The notes beneath the pieces were generated by a model. That model did no database searches. It was not told the DNA's origin and saw only the letters and a program-made list of their open reading frames with translations. Shown in pieces: positions 28,376-38,761 of a stretch of 64,000 nt of DNA. The position numbers and the translations under genes were made by a program. The DNA is from a virus: IMG/VR virus record IMGVR_UViG_3300032605_000009, positions 13,526 through 77,525 of that record; one strand, 5' to 3'. Position 1 is the stretch's first letter. Each line of letters opens with the position of its first letter.

Positions 28376-30052
28376 ATGGCAACCAGCAGTAACTATGTCC
28401 CACAGGTGGATTACACCTCCCGTGACTATGCGGCTATCAGCGCTGATCTTCAGAACCTGATTCCTAACTTCCTGCCCGACTGGACCAACCGTGACCCAGC
28501 TGACTTTGGTATTACCCTGATTGAGCTATTCGCTTATATGGGTGACCTCATGTCCTACTACATTGACCGCTCTGCTAACGAGGCATTCTTAACCACAGCC
28601 AGCCAGCGTCAAAGCGTTCTTCAGATCGCCAATTTGCTCAATTACACCCCTAGTGGCTTGATTGACGCGACAACCACCTTAGAGTTTACAAACTCTACAA
28701 CCTCAGCTATCACAGTACCAGCGGGTACTCAGGTAGCTACAACTGCCGTAGTAAACGGCACTAACCCACAGGTTATCTTTGAAACCCAGCTCGATGTCGT
28801 AGTACCAGCAACCAGCACAACTGCTGTTGGAACAGCGTCTTCTACATCAGTGGTAACTTTGTCTGCGGCTAACACCAACATCTCTGTAGGAATGACAGTA
28901 GCTGGAACAGGCGTCGACTCTGGCACCATAGTAACGGCAGTAAACAGTGACGTCTCTATTACCCTAAGCGAATCTGTTACTTTGTCAGCAGTCACTCTTA
29001 CCTTTACTTCTCCAAGCCCAACAGCTTCAGTTCAGGCTCAAGAAGGTCAGACAATCACCTCTGATCCTATTCAGGTATCTGATGGACTGGCCTCTCAGAT
29101 TTACCAGCTTGTACAAAGTCCAGTAATCCAAAACAGCGTGGCTGTAACTGTAGACAACAACATCTACACCCAGGTAAGCAATCTTCTTGACTCAGGTCCA
29201 AATGATGCCGTCTTTGCAGTAACAATAGACGCAAACAACAACAGTTACGTTCAGTTTGGCGACAACATCAGTGGCCGTATCCCGCCAATCAACTCTCTTA
29301 TTAGCTTCACCTATCGTATTGGCGTAGGCGCGGCAGGAAACGTTTCTGCTGGCTCATTAACCAAGATCTTGAACCTTAACGCTGCTGGACTTTCCGTAAC
29401 CCAAGCTAACCCAGCTATCGGTGGCGCAGACATCGAATCCACTGACTCTATCCGTGTAAATGCGCAGGCCCCTGTGTCAAACAGTGGTCGCGTTGTATCT
29501 TTACAGGACTATCAAACCGCAGTTACAGGCGGAGTACAAAATGCTAGTAAAGCTAACGCGATCTCTAGTGTCTACACGGCAGTTACTCTTTATGTAGCTC
29601 AAAAAGGTGACCCAGGAATCGATCCACTAACAAGTGATTACACCACTGCGTTCGTTACCTTGTCTTCTTCAGTTCAAAGCTTCTTGACAGGTAAGACAGC
29701 CCCTAACGTAACGGTCAGCGTGCTTCCTCCGACTTATGTACCTATCAACGTTACATTGGCAATCGTTGCCCCTAAGAACGTGCGAAACAGCACCGTTCAG
29801 ACCGCTGCAACAGCAGCTATCGCTGGCCTACTTACCTTTGACGCCACATCTTTCGGTGAAACTGTTAAAGTTGATGATATAAGGAACGCCCTGTACGCAC
29901 TAAATAGTCAAAACACTCAGGTGTCAAGCATTACGTTCACGACCGTGGCCCGTTCAAACGGTTCAGGTTACGCGGACGTTGTTTGCGCCCCGAATGAGAT
30001 ACCCGAAGCTGGAACAATAACTGTAACCGTAACTGGCGGAATCTCGAGCTAA
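28376..30052 (+). CDS. Baseplate J / gp6-like wedge protein
   Basis: DYTSRDY, DFGITLIELFAY, FGDNISGRIP, GGADIES, VSLQDY motifs. Confidence 0.9.
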   Translation: MATSSNYVPQVDYTSRDYAAISADLQNLIPNFLPDWTNRDPADFGITLIELFAYMGDLMSYYIDRSANEAFLTTASQRQSVLQIANLLNYTPSGLIDATTTLEFTNSTTSAITVPAGTQVATTAVVNGTNPQVIFETQLDVVVPATSTTAVGTASSTSVVTLSAANTNISVGMTVAGTGVDSGTIVTAVNSDVSITLSESVTLSAVTLTFTSPSPTASVQAQEGQTITSDPIQVSDGLASQIYQLVQSPVIQNSVAVTVDNNIYTQVSNLLDSGPNDAVFAVTIDANNNSYVQFGDNISGRIPPINSLISFTYRIGVGAAGNVSAGSLTKILNLNAAGLSVTQANPAIGGADIESTDSIRVNAQAPVSNSGRVVSLQDYQTAVTGGVQNASKANAISSVYTAVTLYVAQKGDPGIDPLTSDYTTAFVTLSSSVQSFLTGKTAPNVTVSVLPPTYVPINVTLAIVAPKNVRNSTVQTAATAAIAGLLTFDATSFGETVKVDDIRNALYALNSQNTQVSSITFTTVARSNGSGYADVVCAPNEIPEAGTITVTVTGGISS

Positions 30053-30061
30053 GGACAGAGA

Positions 30062-30421
30062 ATGACTACTTACTATCCAAATGGGATAACCCCTTTTACT
30101 ACTCACGTAGACATCACTGAGATCATTGATGCGTCTCATGTCAACAAGCTTCAGACTGAAGTAACCTCTATCGAAACAATCGTAGGTGTTACCCCATCTA
30201 CTGTACCTACAGGCGGCTTTGCTACCGACCTTACGGCAGCTTCCAGCACGAGCAATCCAACGCCTACGTCAAATTTGTACTTGACGGCTGGGACTCAATT
30301 TAACAGCATCTCTGATCGTATTACAAACGTTGAAAACATTGCTATCACGGCTTACACCTCAGGAGCAGCTGCAGCACAGGTAGGAAATGTACTAGCGGTA
30401 GAAGTACTCGGCGGATTCTAA
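30062..30421 (+). CDS. Baseplate/fibre-associated protein
   Basis: IIDASHVNKLQTEV..IE motif; AAGGA SD. Confidence 0.6.
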   Translation: MTTYYPNGITPFTTHVDITEIIDASHVNKLQTEVTSIETIVGVTPSTVPTGGFATDLTAASSTSNPTPTSNLYLTAGTQFNSISDRITNVENIAITAYTSGAAAAQVGNVLAVEVLGGF

Positions 30422-30435
30422 CTTAAGGACTACAC

Positions 30436-32730
30436 GTGGCAACATACGGAATTGATTACTACGGCCGCGGCTACTACGGAAACGTAAGCCTAGCTAACTT
30501 TGACGCAAACCCTTTTACAGCCGCGCCTCTTGACTATGGCAAGATCTATCTTCAATGGAACACGCCTACAGGTAACTATTCAGGCATCCGCCTTGTTCGT
30601 AACGGTAGCGGTTTTCCTCAAACTGCCGATGATGGAGACGTTCTAGTAGACGGCAGCTATGGAACAGTAGCAAACGACTTTTACGACCCATCACCTTACG
30701 GCTACGACGGAACCTTGCCTATGGGCAAGTTCTTCTACTACTCAATCTTTGTTTCAGACACTGATACAGGCCAATGGGTGCGTGCTGCAAATGCTGCTGG
30801 CCTATCTGTCAAAAATTACGGTACGCCAGACGCTATGTACGATTACCTTCCTGGTATCTATAAGACAACAGACATTACAGCTCCAGTAGACACCTCTGAT
30901 AACCCAATTCTCTCTGGGTTTTTAAAGATCTTTGGCTTTTACTACGACATGATGCGCACAGAGATCGACAACATCACATCACGCTATGACGTAGCTAACC
31001 TTTCTGGAAATCTAATTCCTGGCTTGATGCAGCAGTTCGGCATCCAGTACGAACCTGAGCTAGGTCTTGCTCGTGGACGATCGTTCCTCTCTAACGTAGT
31101 ACATATTAACAAAACCAAGGGAAGCCTTGCGGGAGTTCAAGATTACGTTAAATCCTTTACAGGTAACGCTGGAATTGTGACATTGGGTAAGAACTTGATG
31201 CTTGACATCAATGACTCTTCTGCGGAGCAGAGTATTGGTAGTTGGACAGTCACTAATGCCACGATCACTCAGCATGTTCCTCAATTTATTACCTCGTGGT
31301 CGGTAAGCGCTAGCACCTCATCTAGCACTCTCACGGTCACAGTGCCAAGTACAGCAGAGTTTTCTACGGGCAATACCATTGAGATCTACGGAACTACGCT
31401 TATTAACGGCACCTATACGCTTACAGGAACAACCACGTCTACAGTTTCAATGGTGACCGCGACTCCGTTTCCTACTGCTCAAAGCGGCACTGGTGGCCAG
31501 ATTTCTAAGCATGCTCCGTACAACGAGACGGCTAATCCTTACGGTGTCCAAAATGGCCGTAACGGTGAATTTAAGATTACTGCTACAGGTACCTCAGCCA
31601 TTACTGGCACATGCTTAAACACATCAGTAGCTATTGCAGTAGGAAACGACACTACAACAACCTACTACCAGAGCCCTACCTCTCACAGCATTGGTGTATC
31701 CGCTTCTACCGAGTACACCCTCAGCTATAGAGCTTGGTCATACGCAACAGCACGTAGCTTTAAGGCTGGAATTAACTGGTACGACCGCACAGGAACAATC
31801 ATCGGCAGCACCGCACTCGGTTCAGCAACAACATCAACTACAACTTCTTGGACGACTATCAGCGTAACAGCTACCTCTCCAAGCAATGCTGTATTTGCTA
31901 TTCCAGTATTTACTATCGCTAGCCCGACTGCCAACGAAGTCCACTTCCTAGATGCGTTTCAGTTTGAGGCAGGTGGATCAGTTACCTACTTCCAAGAGTC
32001 TCGCTTAGTGCAGATAGCAGTCGCCGCAAACCGAGTCAACCTCTTTGTTAATCCTAACTTTGAGTACAGCACGAATGCTCCTTGGACTGCTACTAACGGA
32101 ACACTGATTACGCAGTCGGACACTGTAGTACCTAACTCATCACCTAACATTGCTATCAGCTCAAGCGCTTTAGAGCTTCATAACTCAAGCACCTCAGCAG
32201 TTACCTTAAGCTCAGCAGCTACTTCAGCTGACTACATGCCAGTGCTTAGCAATGAGACCTACACCTTTAGCGGTTACTTCTTTATGTCACCAGATGATGG
32301 AGCACCTGCTCCGCAAGGAATTTACTTCAAGACAATCTGGTATGACTCAAGTAACACACTCATCTCGTCTAGCTTTAGCCAGACGTTTACAGTAAGTACT
32401 ACTGAGTGGAACAGATTCTCGTTTACAACGGCTTCTCCTAATAATGCTGCTAGCTGTAAGTTTCAGGTCGTATGGCCAGCACCTACTACCACAGGCATTG
32501 CGATATTGATGGATGCCTTCCTATTTGAGGCCTCTGCTTATGTGGACAGCTTCTTTGACGGAAGCTTTGGTTACGCTGATCTAGGCGATGTAACTTGGAA
32601 GGGCACACCTAATCAGAGCCCTAGTTACTACTACCGTAACCGCTTTGCTACGCAGAACCGCGTCAACGAGACACTGCCTAACTACCTGATGATAGGAACT
32701 AACTTTGCAACTTATTACGCGCAAGCGTAG
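30436..32730 (+). CDS. Baseplate wedge/tail protein (P2 gpI-like) with carbohydrate-binding-like domains
   Basis: YDYLPGIY...FLKIFG...KTKGSL core; NPNFE CBM-like repeats. Confidence 0.7.
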   Translation: MATYGIDYYGRGYYGNVSLANFDANPFTAAPLDYGKIYLQWNTPTGNYSGIRLVRNGSGFPQTADDGDVLVDGSYGTVANDFYDPSPYGYDGTLPMGKFFYYSIFVSDTDTGQWVRAANAAGLSVKNYGTPDAMYDYLPGIYKTTDITAPVDTSDNPILSGFLKIFGFYYDMMRTEIDNITSRYDVANLSGNLIPGLMQQFGIQYEPELGLARGRSFLSNVVHINKTKGSLAGVQDYVKSFTGNAGIVTLGKNLMLDINDSSAEQSIGSWTVTNATITQHVPQFITSWSVSASTSSSTLTVTVPSTAEFSTGNTIEIYGTTLINGTYTLTGTTTSTVSMVTATPFPTAQSGTGGQISKHAPYNETANPYGVQNGRNGEFKITATGTSAITGTCLNTSVAIAVGNDTTTTYYQSPTSHSIGVSASTEYTLSYRAWSYATARSFKAGINWYDRTGTIIGSTALGSATTSTTTSWTTISVTATSPSNAVFAIPVFTIASPTANEVHFLDAFQFEAGGSVTYFQESRLVQIAVAANRVNLFVNPNFEYSTNAPWTATNGTLITQSDTVVPNSSPNIAISSSALELHNSSTSAVTLSSAATSADYMPVLSNETYTFSGYFFMSPDDGAPAPQGIYFKTIWYDSSNTLISSSFSQTFTVSTTEWNRFSFTTASPNNAASCKFQVVWPAPTTTGIAILMDAFLFEASAYVDSFFDGSFGYADLGDVTWKGTPNQSPSYYYRNRFATQNRVNETLPNYLMIGTNFATYYAQA

Positions 32731-32739
32731 TATGGAGCT

Positions 32740-32994
32740 ATGACCACCTTATTTTTAGTTTCAGGCTTTGTAGCCTTCTTCATAGCTGTCGTCGAACAGC
32801 TTGTTGATCTACGAGCCTTCAAGGCGCTTCTCTGCCTAATTCTATCTGCGGGGGCTGTGGCAATCGTAGGCGGGCTTACTACGCGCCAAGAAATCCTTTA
32901 CACAGTTGGCGGTGCCTTCTTTGGTCCCATGCTTGCTTTAGCCACTGACAAGATGTCGACATTTACCCAGGCGGTAGTGCGAACTCGCGAGTAG
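32740..32994 (+). CDS. Small membrane protein (holin-like)
   Basis: About three hydrophobic segments; leaderless TAGTAT-N6-ATG. Confidence 0.55.
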   Translation: MTTLFLVSGFVAFFIAVVEQLVDLRAFKALLCLILSAGAVAIVGGLTTRQEILYTVGGAFFGPMLALATDKMSTFTQAVVRTRE

Positions 32995-33027
32995 GTGTAT
33001 CATGGTCAACCTCTGAAAGGGAGAACC

Positions 33028-33630
33028 ATGAACTCATATATCGTAATTGCTGGAAACGGCGAGACAAGCCGTAACAATCTAGAAGCTTTGGTTTCTGATT
33101 ATGTAATCATGCTAAAGCAAAAGAAGAAGACGCCAATGCTGGCCTTCTTAGCTAACGACAAGCCTTCACTGGCCCAGACTTGGGCTTGGCAGTATGCCAA
33201 GGACAAGGGAATTGAGTGCACACTCTTTGCTGTCAAGGAATCGGCCGCTGGCAAACTAAGCCACATCTCATTTAACCAGTCCGACAACCCCGCCAAGTTA
33301 GCTATTGACGTCTTTGGAACAGAGGAGACTAATGTCTTCTTGCTTTGGGATGCCGATGACCCTGAAACCGTAGAGATCGCCTCTGAGTTCGCCTCAGCAG
33401 GCGTAGTTTGCTACGACCTGACAAATGGGCTCCTACCTATCGAACCAGTAGGCCCTAAATCGGCCCCAGAATCGCCTATGAAGCCCTTAGAGGCCGAAAT
33501 GGTACTCAAGCCTGTCGTCTTGCCTGTCGAGGCCCCTAGCGTAACTACAGAGCCCTCTGACAAGGCACAGGCAATCCGTCAGGCAGCCCTAGATTTTGCT
33601 GAAGCGATTATCAAAGCGATCAATGCTTAG
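33028..33630 (+). CDS. Hypothetical protein (Rossmann/SLOG-like N-terminus)
   Basis: YIVIAGNG start; AAGGGAG SD supports ATG 33028. Confidence 0.55.
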   Translation: MNSYIVIAGNGETSRNNLEALVSDYVIMLKQKKKTPMLAFLANDKPSLAQTWAWQYAKDKGIECTLFAVKESAAGKLSHISFNQSDNPAKLAIDVFGTEETNVFLLWDADDPETVEIASEFASAGVVCYDLTNGLLPIEPVGPKSAPESPMKPLEAEMVLKPVVLPVEAPSVTTEPSDKAQAIRQAALDFAEAIIKAINA

Positions 33631-34516
33631 CCTTCGCGCCACTGGGCTATATGCCTATATTTGCCAGAACCCTGACGAGTCTCTTTCGGCGATCTCAATC
33701 GCCAAGAAGTTTCAAGAGGGCGAGAAGGCTGTTCGCGCTGCCCTTAACGAACTCCGTGAGGCTGGTTTGATCATAACCAGGACAATACGGACATCCAAAG
33801 GCCAGCTAATCAAGGTGACCGAGCTAGTAGCGGACTCCCAAAACCGAGCGGCGGAAACCGGCGGATACATACAGCTGAATGAGCTCTATAGCCAGAACAG
33901 CCTATTAACCCAAATAGCTAGTTCTTCTAATAGAGATATAAGCTTTGCTAATAGTAAAACGGAGTTTTACGAGGAAGAGAAGTTTGAGATAGGAGAAGAG
34001 ATGGGCTACGAGTTCTTCGGCAAGACCTCCTCTGGAGATGATGAAGTGGCCGTAGAGCGTAAGAAGTTCGAAGACCAGAAGAAGGCCGAGTACCAAGAGG
34101 CCAAGCTAAAGAAGCATGAGGAGACGTTCCGTGCTCGTAAGGATGTGGCTCCAGAACTCTGGACCTCATCAGATACGGCCCGCCAGTTCTCATCCATGAT
34201 CCACGACCGCTGGGATATTCCGCCTTGGAAGGTTTCCGACACGCCGCTATCGGCCGCTATCTATCAGGCACGCCAGAAGCACGACACCAATGGCGCTATA
34301 GAGCTGGTTATGCTTAAGATGTTCTTTGCTCAGGATAACGTCAAGGCTATGAAGGATCCGAACATCATGTGGCGTCACTTCATCTCTTCATTTGGCTCCT
34401 TGTCAGATCGTGCTAAGCTGGAGATGCCAGACCCTGAGAAGAGAGCAAGATCAGAAGAGCGAGCTGCTAAGGTTAACGCCTTCCTATTCGAGTTAGATGA
34501 GGATTCAGATGTATAA
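33623..34516 (+). CDS. Replication initiator (HTH) protein
   Basis: LSLRATGLYAYI...GEKAVRAALNELREAGLI winged HTH; adjacent to the DnaC-like gene. Confidence 0.7.
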   Translation: MLSLRATGLYAYICQNPDESLSAISIAKKFQEGEKAVRAALNELREAGLIITRTIRTSKGQLIKVTELVADSQNRAAETGGYIQLNELYSQNSLLTQIASSSNRDISFANSKTEFYEEEKFEIGEEMGYEFFGKTSSGDDEVAVERKKFEDQKKAEYQEAKLKKHEETFRARKDVAPELWTSSDTARQFSSMIHDRWDIPPWKVSDTPLSAAIYQARQKHDTNGAIELVMLKMFFAQDNVKAMKDPNIMWRHFISSFGSLSDRAKLEMPDPEKRARSEERAAKVNAFLFELDEDSDV

Positions 34517-35204
34517 GCCAGAGGCACTAAAGGTAAAACGCAAAGCTTGGCTAAAGCTTTCAGGCGTTCCTGCATCTTCTACAGGTTGGCGCTTAGAGGA
34601 TTGCACAGACCTTGATGCCGATGATGCAAAGAAGATCGCTGCATGGGTGGCACATGCTAAGAACGGTCGCATCATCCGAGCATTAGGTCAGAAAGGTTGT
34701 GGCAGAGGTCTACTGCTACATGGCGACCCAGGGTTCGGTAAGTCAACAGTTGCTTCAGCGATCCTGCAGGAGATGATCACGAAGTTCATGCTCGTGTCAT
34801 TTGACGCAGAAGCTCAAGTGGTCGTTCGCCCTTGCTACTTCTCTAGCTACAACGCTATTGTTGCGCTGAAGGGCAGCACGATGAACGATGAGGTTTCAGA
34901 TGCTGACCTTAAGCTGATGTCAGGAATTATGGGCGAGTGTAAGGACGATGCTTACAACGTACGTGTTCTTGTCATTGACGACATTGGTAAAGAGCATATG
35001 AGCCAAAGCGGTTGGCAACGTAACCTACTACATGACATTCTTCGTACTCGTTACTCAAAAGGTTTACCTACTATCGTTACAACTAACTTAGAGGTAGATG
35101 ATTGGGCACAAGTTTACGGAGAGGCTACAGGTAGCTTTATCAACGAAGCTTTTGGCATTATCGCCGTTAAAAGTAAGGCAGGTGATTTAAGATTAAAGGC
35201 ATGA
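34509..35204 (+). CDS. DnaC/IstB-like AAA+ helicase loader
   Basis: GDPGFGKS Walker A, VLVIDDIGKE Walker B, PTIVTTN. Confidence 0.85.
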   Translation: MYKPEALKVKRKAWLKLSGVPASSTGWRLEDCTDLDADDAKKIAAWVAHAKNGRIIRALGQKGCGRGLLLHGDPGFGKSTVASAILQEMITKFMLVSFDAEAQVVVRPCYFSSYNAIVALKGSTMNDEVSDADLKLMSGIMGECKDDAYNVRVLVIDDIGKEHMSQSGWQRNLLHDILRTRYSKGLPTIVTTNLEVDDWAQVYGEATGSFINEAFGIIAVKSKAGDLRLKA

Positions 35205-35497
35205 CGCAAAAGAAGTTGTTACAGGTATTTCTCAGCAAGACGCAGACTCCAGGACCTGGCGTCTACGAAGTATCTATAGATGACTACGACAATCTGTCCT
35301 GTACATGCTCTGGATGGACTGCTAAGGCAACCTGTAAGCACACTCGTTTTGTTAACGCACGCATCGAGAGTAACGGTGGTACTTACCCGCTAGAGATCTC
35401 TGATAGAGCCAGCACTGAAGATGCTGATCTGGCTCAACGATCAGACGAAGCTTTTAGAAGTTTTATTATCAGATTCGGGAAAATAGAGGTTTACTAA
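35201..35497 (+). CDS. SWIM zinc-finger protein
   Basis: CTC.......CKH motif. Confidence 0.75.
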   Translation: MTQKKLLQVFLSKTQTPGPGVYEVSIDDYDNLSCTCSGWTAKATCKHTRFVNARIESNGGTYPLEISDRASTEDADLAQRSDEAFRSFIIRFGKIEVY

Positions 35498-35500
35498 CAA

Positions 35501-35926
35501 ATGCTAAAAGGGGACATCAGTAACGCTTTACCAAGACGCTTCTTGGTTAACATTGATGTGGTACGTTCTTCCAAGCCGCAGATTAAAAAGCGTCTGGGTA
35601 TCATTCCAACTGTTCAATACACGCATGAATACAACATGCAGATGCTTAGCCGTTTCTACATCCATACGGTTAAGGTAGGCGAAACGCTAGAGCTCTTCTC
35701 TGTAGAGAACTCTCAAGAAGAGCTTGACGAAATGATGGAGTACCTAGATCGTATTGGGACTAATCCATTTCGCTACTTCACTTCTTACTCATCGCTGGCT
35801 CACGTAGTCGCAGAGCTTCCTTACCGACCAGAGCTTGTCGGAGTTGTAGATACCTCAGAACGTTTGCTACGTTACGGTCATTGGGGCATAACCCCAGAAG
35901 AATTTTTTGGAGGAAAGCGTGACTAA
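35501..35926 (+). CDS. Hypothetical protein (HAD-like fold, degenerate)
   Basis: MLKGDISN start; alpha/beta pattern. Confidence 0.5.
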   Translation: MLKGDISNALPRRFLVNIDVVRSSKPQIKKRLGIIPTVQYTHEYNMQMLSRFYIHTVKVGETLELFSVENSQEELDEMMEYLDRIGTNPFRYFTSYSSLAHVVAELPYRPELVGVVDTSERLLRYGHWGITPEEFFGGKRD

Positions 35927-37166
35927 TGAAACTCGTATGCTGCATAAGGCAATCATTGACCGCAACCTCACGCCAGTATTCTCTCGTGGAGTAACTGACG
36001 ACTGGTTCCGAGATGAGGGTGATCGACGACTTTTCTTGTTTATGCGTAAGCACTATGCTAACTACAGCGAGGTGCCTTCGCTCAACGCTATCAAAGATAA
36101 CTTTCCTAACTTTGAGCTAGATACTGAGGTCTCTGACAGTATTGAGTACCTAGTTGATAACGTCATTACCTCTCGTCGCAAAGAGGCGACTGAGAAGATC
36201 ATTGATCGTGCTATCCGCACTATTGAGAAGGATAAAGACCATGAGGCTGCTCTTATTGAGATGCAGGGCGGTATCGCCGCTCTTGACCAAGAGGGATTTA
36301 GCTTCAAGTCAGACTACGACCTTACAGAAGATCCAGAGGCTCGTTTTCAAGAGTACTTGTCTCGTAAAGATCGTCCCGACTCTTTGCTTGGTTATGCCAC
36401 AGGCTTTCCAACCATTGACTCAACACTAAGCGGTATCCAACGCGGCCAGCTCATTGTTATCGCTGCTTTGCCTAAGACAGGTAAGTCAACGCTACTAATG
36501 CAAATGGCTCTGAATATGCACAACGACGGCAAGTCAATTATGTTCGTTACCTTTGAGATGACTGCTTTTGAGCAAGCGCTTCGTTATGATGCTATGCGCT
36601 CTAAGCTTTCATACCAGCGCTTGTCTACAGGTACTATGACACCTGATGAAGAGGCGCGATATAGCACCAACCTCAAAAACCTAAAGAGTTACGATGCTGG
36701 GTTCCACCTTGTAGGTTACGACACAGGGCCTTCTCTAACTGTTACAGGTATTGCTAACAAGATTCAAACGCTACAGCCAGACGTAGTAATCATTGATGGT
36801 ACTTACCTTATGATCGATGAGAACGGCGAAAAGGTTGGTTCATCACAAGCAATCACCAACATCACACGTGGTACAAAGAAGCTAGCTATGCGAGCAAACC
36901 TACCTGTAATTATGTCTACTCAGTTCCTTGAGAGCAAGACTCGTGGTGGTAAGGCTGACATGTACTCAATCGGTTACTCATCTTCTTTTGGTCAAGACGC
37001 CGACGTAGTTTTTGGCCTTGAGAAGCAAGATGAGAACGTTGACGAGATGCGCACTCTTAAGATTATGGCCAGCCGTAACTCTGGTCCTGCTGAGATCGAA
37101 CTTACATGGGACTGGGATGGTAGTACGTTCCGAGAAGTCGACGAATCAGATTTGAATATTGACTGA
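35919..37166 (+). CDS. dnaB: DnaB-like replicative helicase
   Basis: TGFPTID, ALPKTGKS, TFEM, VIIDG, QDADVV motifs; GGAGG SD before GTG 35919. Confidence 0.9.
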   Translation: MTNETRMLHKAIIDRNLTPVFSRGVTDDWFRDEGDRRLFLFMRKHYANYSEVPSLNAIKDNFPNFELDTEVSDSIEYLVDNVITSRRKEATEKIIDRAIRTIEKDKDHEAALIEMQGGIAALDQEGFSFKSDYDLTEDPEARFQEYLSRKDRPDSLLGYATGFPTIDSTLSGIQRGQLIVIAALPKTGKSTLLMQMALNMHNDGKSIMFVTFEMTAFEQALRYDAMRSKLSYQRLSTGTMTPDEEARYSTNLKNLKSYDAGFHLVGYDTGPSLTVTGIANKIQTLQPDVVIIDGTYLMIDENGEKVGSSQAITNITRGTKKLAMRANLPVIMSTQFLESKTRGGKADMYSIGYSSSFGQDADVVFGLEKQDENVDEMRTLKIMASRNSGPAEIELTWDWDGSTFREVDESDLNID

Positions 37167-38098
37167 TGACTACGGGGGAGATGGAAGACTTTCTTGCTCG
37201 TCTGGGCATTGAGGTAACTGGCGTACGTGGCGATGAGGTTCAGGCTAAATGCCCTGGGCACCTCTTCAACACGGGTAAAGAAGACCGCAACCCTTCTTGG
37301 TCAATAAATGCTGAGACAGGTGCGCATATCTGCTTCTCCTGTGGGTTTAAGGGCGGTGTTAACTACCTAGTTAGCTTTATGGGTGGCTCAGAAGACACAG
37401 AGAAGTGGCTAGAAGAAAACACCAAGCATCTGAGCATGGCGTTTGACGCGATGAAGCGCTCGCTTAACCCAGAAAAAGAAAAGATCGAGTATCTAGATGA
37501 GTCGATGCTTGCTATCTACACAGAGCCTCCAGCTGACGCACTGAAGTCTCGAGGCCTAAGCCCTATGGCTGCTCACCTCTACAACTTGCTGTGGGATCCT
37601 CGTACAGAGTGCTGGATTATTCCTATACGCGACCCTAAGAACAATAAGCTCCTAGGTTGGCAGGAGAAGGGGCATACAAGCCGTTACTTTAAGAACCAAC
37701 CTGCTGGTATTAAGAAGAGCCGAGCACTTTATGGGTACAACGAGTACTCAAGCGGAGACATGATCCTTGTAGAGTCGCCATTAGACGTAGTACGCCTTGC
37801 CTCTGTAGGAATACTTGGGGGCGTTGCTGCGTATGGAGCCCTAGTGTCTAAGGATCAACTAGAGCTACTTAAAAGCGCTGAACGCTTAGTCATAGCTTTA
37901 GACAACGACGACGCAGGTAGAAAGTCGACCGAACAGTTGTTTGATTGGGCAAAGTCTATTAGTCTAGGCATCTGGTTCTTCAACTACAGCGGCATCGACG
38001 TTAAGGACGTCGGCGGTATGAGCAAAGCTGAGATCGAATCAGGCCTAGCTAGTGCTAGACATAGTTTGAGAGGACGCTCCGCTGTCTACAGAAGATAA
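37166..38098 (+). CDS. dnaG: DNA primase (Zn-finger + TOPRIM)
   Basis: CPGH...CFSC; LVESPLD; LDNDDAG; KD motifs. Confidence 0.9.
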   Translation: MTTGEMEDFLARLGIEVTGVRGDEVQAKCPGHLFNTGKEDRNPSWSINAETGAHICFSCGFKGGVNYLVSFMGGSEDTEKWLEENTKHLSMAFDAMKRSLNPEKEKIEYLDESMLAIYTEPPADALKSRGLSPMAAHLYNLLWDPRTECWIIPIRDPKNNKLLGWQEKGHTSRYFKNQPAGIKKSRALYGYNEYSSGDMILVESPLDVVRLASVGILGGVAAYGALVSKDQLELLKSAERLVIALDNDDAGRKSTEQLFDWAKSISLGIWFFNYSGIDVKDVGGMSKAEIESGLASARHSLRGRSAVYRR

Positions 38099-38231
38099 GA
38101 TACGACGCCTTTCAATAGTGCTTCGTATGATGAGCGGTCAATGTGCCCACACAAGTAACTTCAGATTAAGAGCCGATTGCATAACTTGTATGGCTGAGGA
38201 AATATTAGAGGAGGTAGAAACATGGCAATGA
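38082..38231 (+). CDS. Small hypothetical protein (49 aa, C-x-H...CxxC), possible CTG start
   Basis: Fills the primase-kinase gap; GAGAGGA lies 7 nt before CTG 38082. Confidence 0.4.
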   Translation: MSTEDKIRRLSIVLRMMSGQCAHTSNFRLRADCITCMAEEILEEVETWQ

Positions 38232-38761
38232 TCATCGGACTAACAGGGTACGCCCAATCTGGCAAGGACTCAGTTGCTTCAGTGTTAATAGAGAAATACG
38301 GCTTTGAGCGGGTGGCTTTTGCTGACCCGATTAAATCATTTCTAATGGAGCTTAACCCAGTACTAGAGACAGGCTATCGTCTTCGTGAAACTGTTAGTGA
38401 TTATGGCTGGGAGCTAGCCAAGGCAAAGACAGAGGTTCGCCGTCTACTTCAAGCTACAGGTATGGCAGCTCGCACAGCGCTTGGTCAGGATATCTGGGTA
38501 CTATGCGCTCTTCGTGCTATCTCTGACAATAACCAGTCTTACGTTATTACAGACGTCCGCTTTGACAACGAGGCGAGAATGATCAAGAACCTAAATGGTC
38601 AACTATGGCGTGTAGAGCGCCCAGGGGTTGGCCCAGTAAACGATCACGTCTCTGAGACCACAATCCAGGAGTTTGAGGTTTCACAGACCTTCCTGAACTC
38701 TGGTACCTTAGAGGACCTAGAGGCACAGGTAACTACGCGTATGAAGGGCTTACTGGTTTGA
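38222..38761 (+). CDS. Deoxynucleoside monophosphate kinase
   Basis: IIGLTGYAQSGKD, FADPIK, RRLLQ, ITDVRF.NE, HVSE motifs. Confidence 0.9.
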   Translation: MAMIIGLTGYAQSGKDSVASVLIEKYGFERVAFADPIKSFLMELNPVLETGYRLRETVSDYGWELAKAKTEVRRLLQATGMAARTALGQDIWVLCALRAISDNNQSYVITDVRFDNEARMIKNLNGQLWRVERPGVGPVNDHVSETTIQEFEVSQTFLNSGTLEDLEAQVTTRMKGLLV

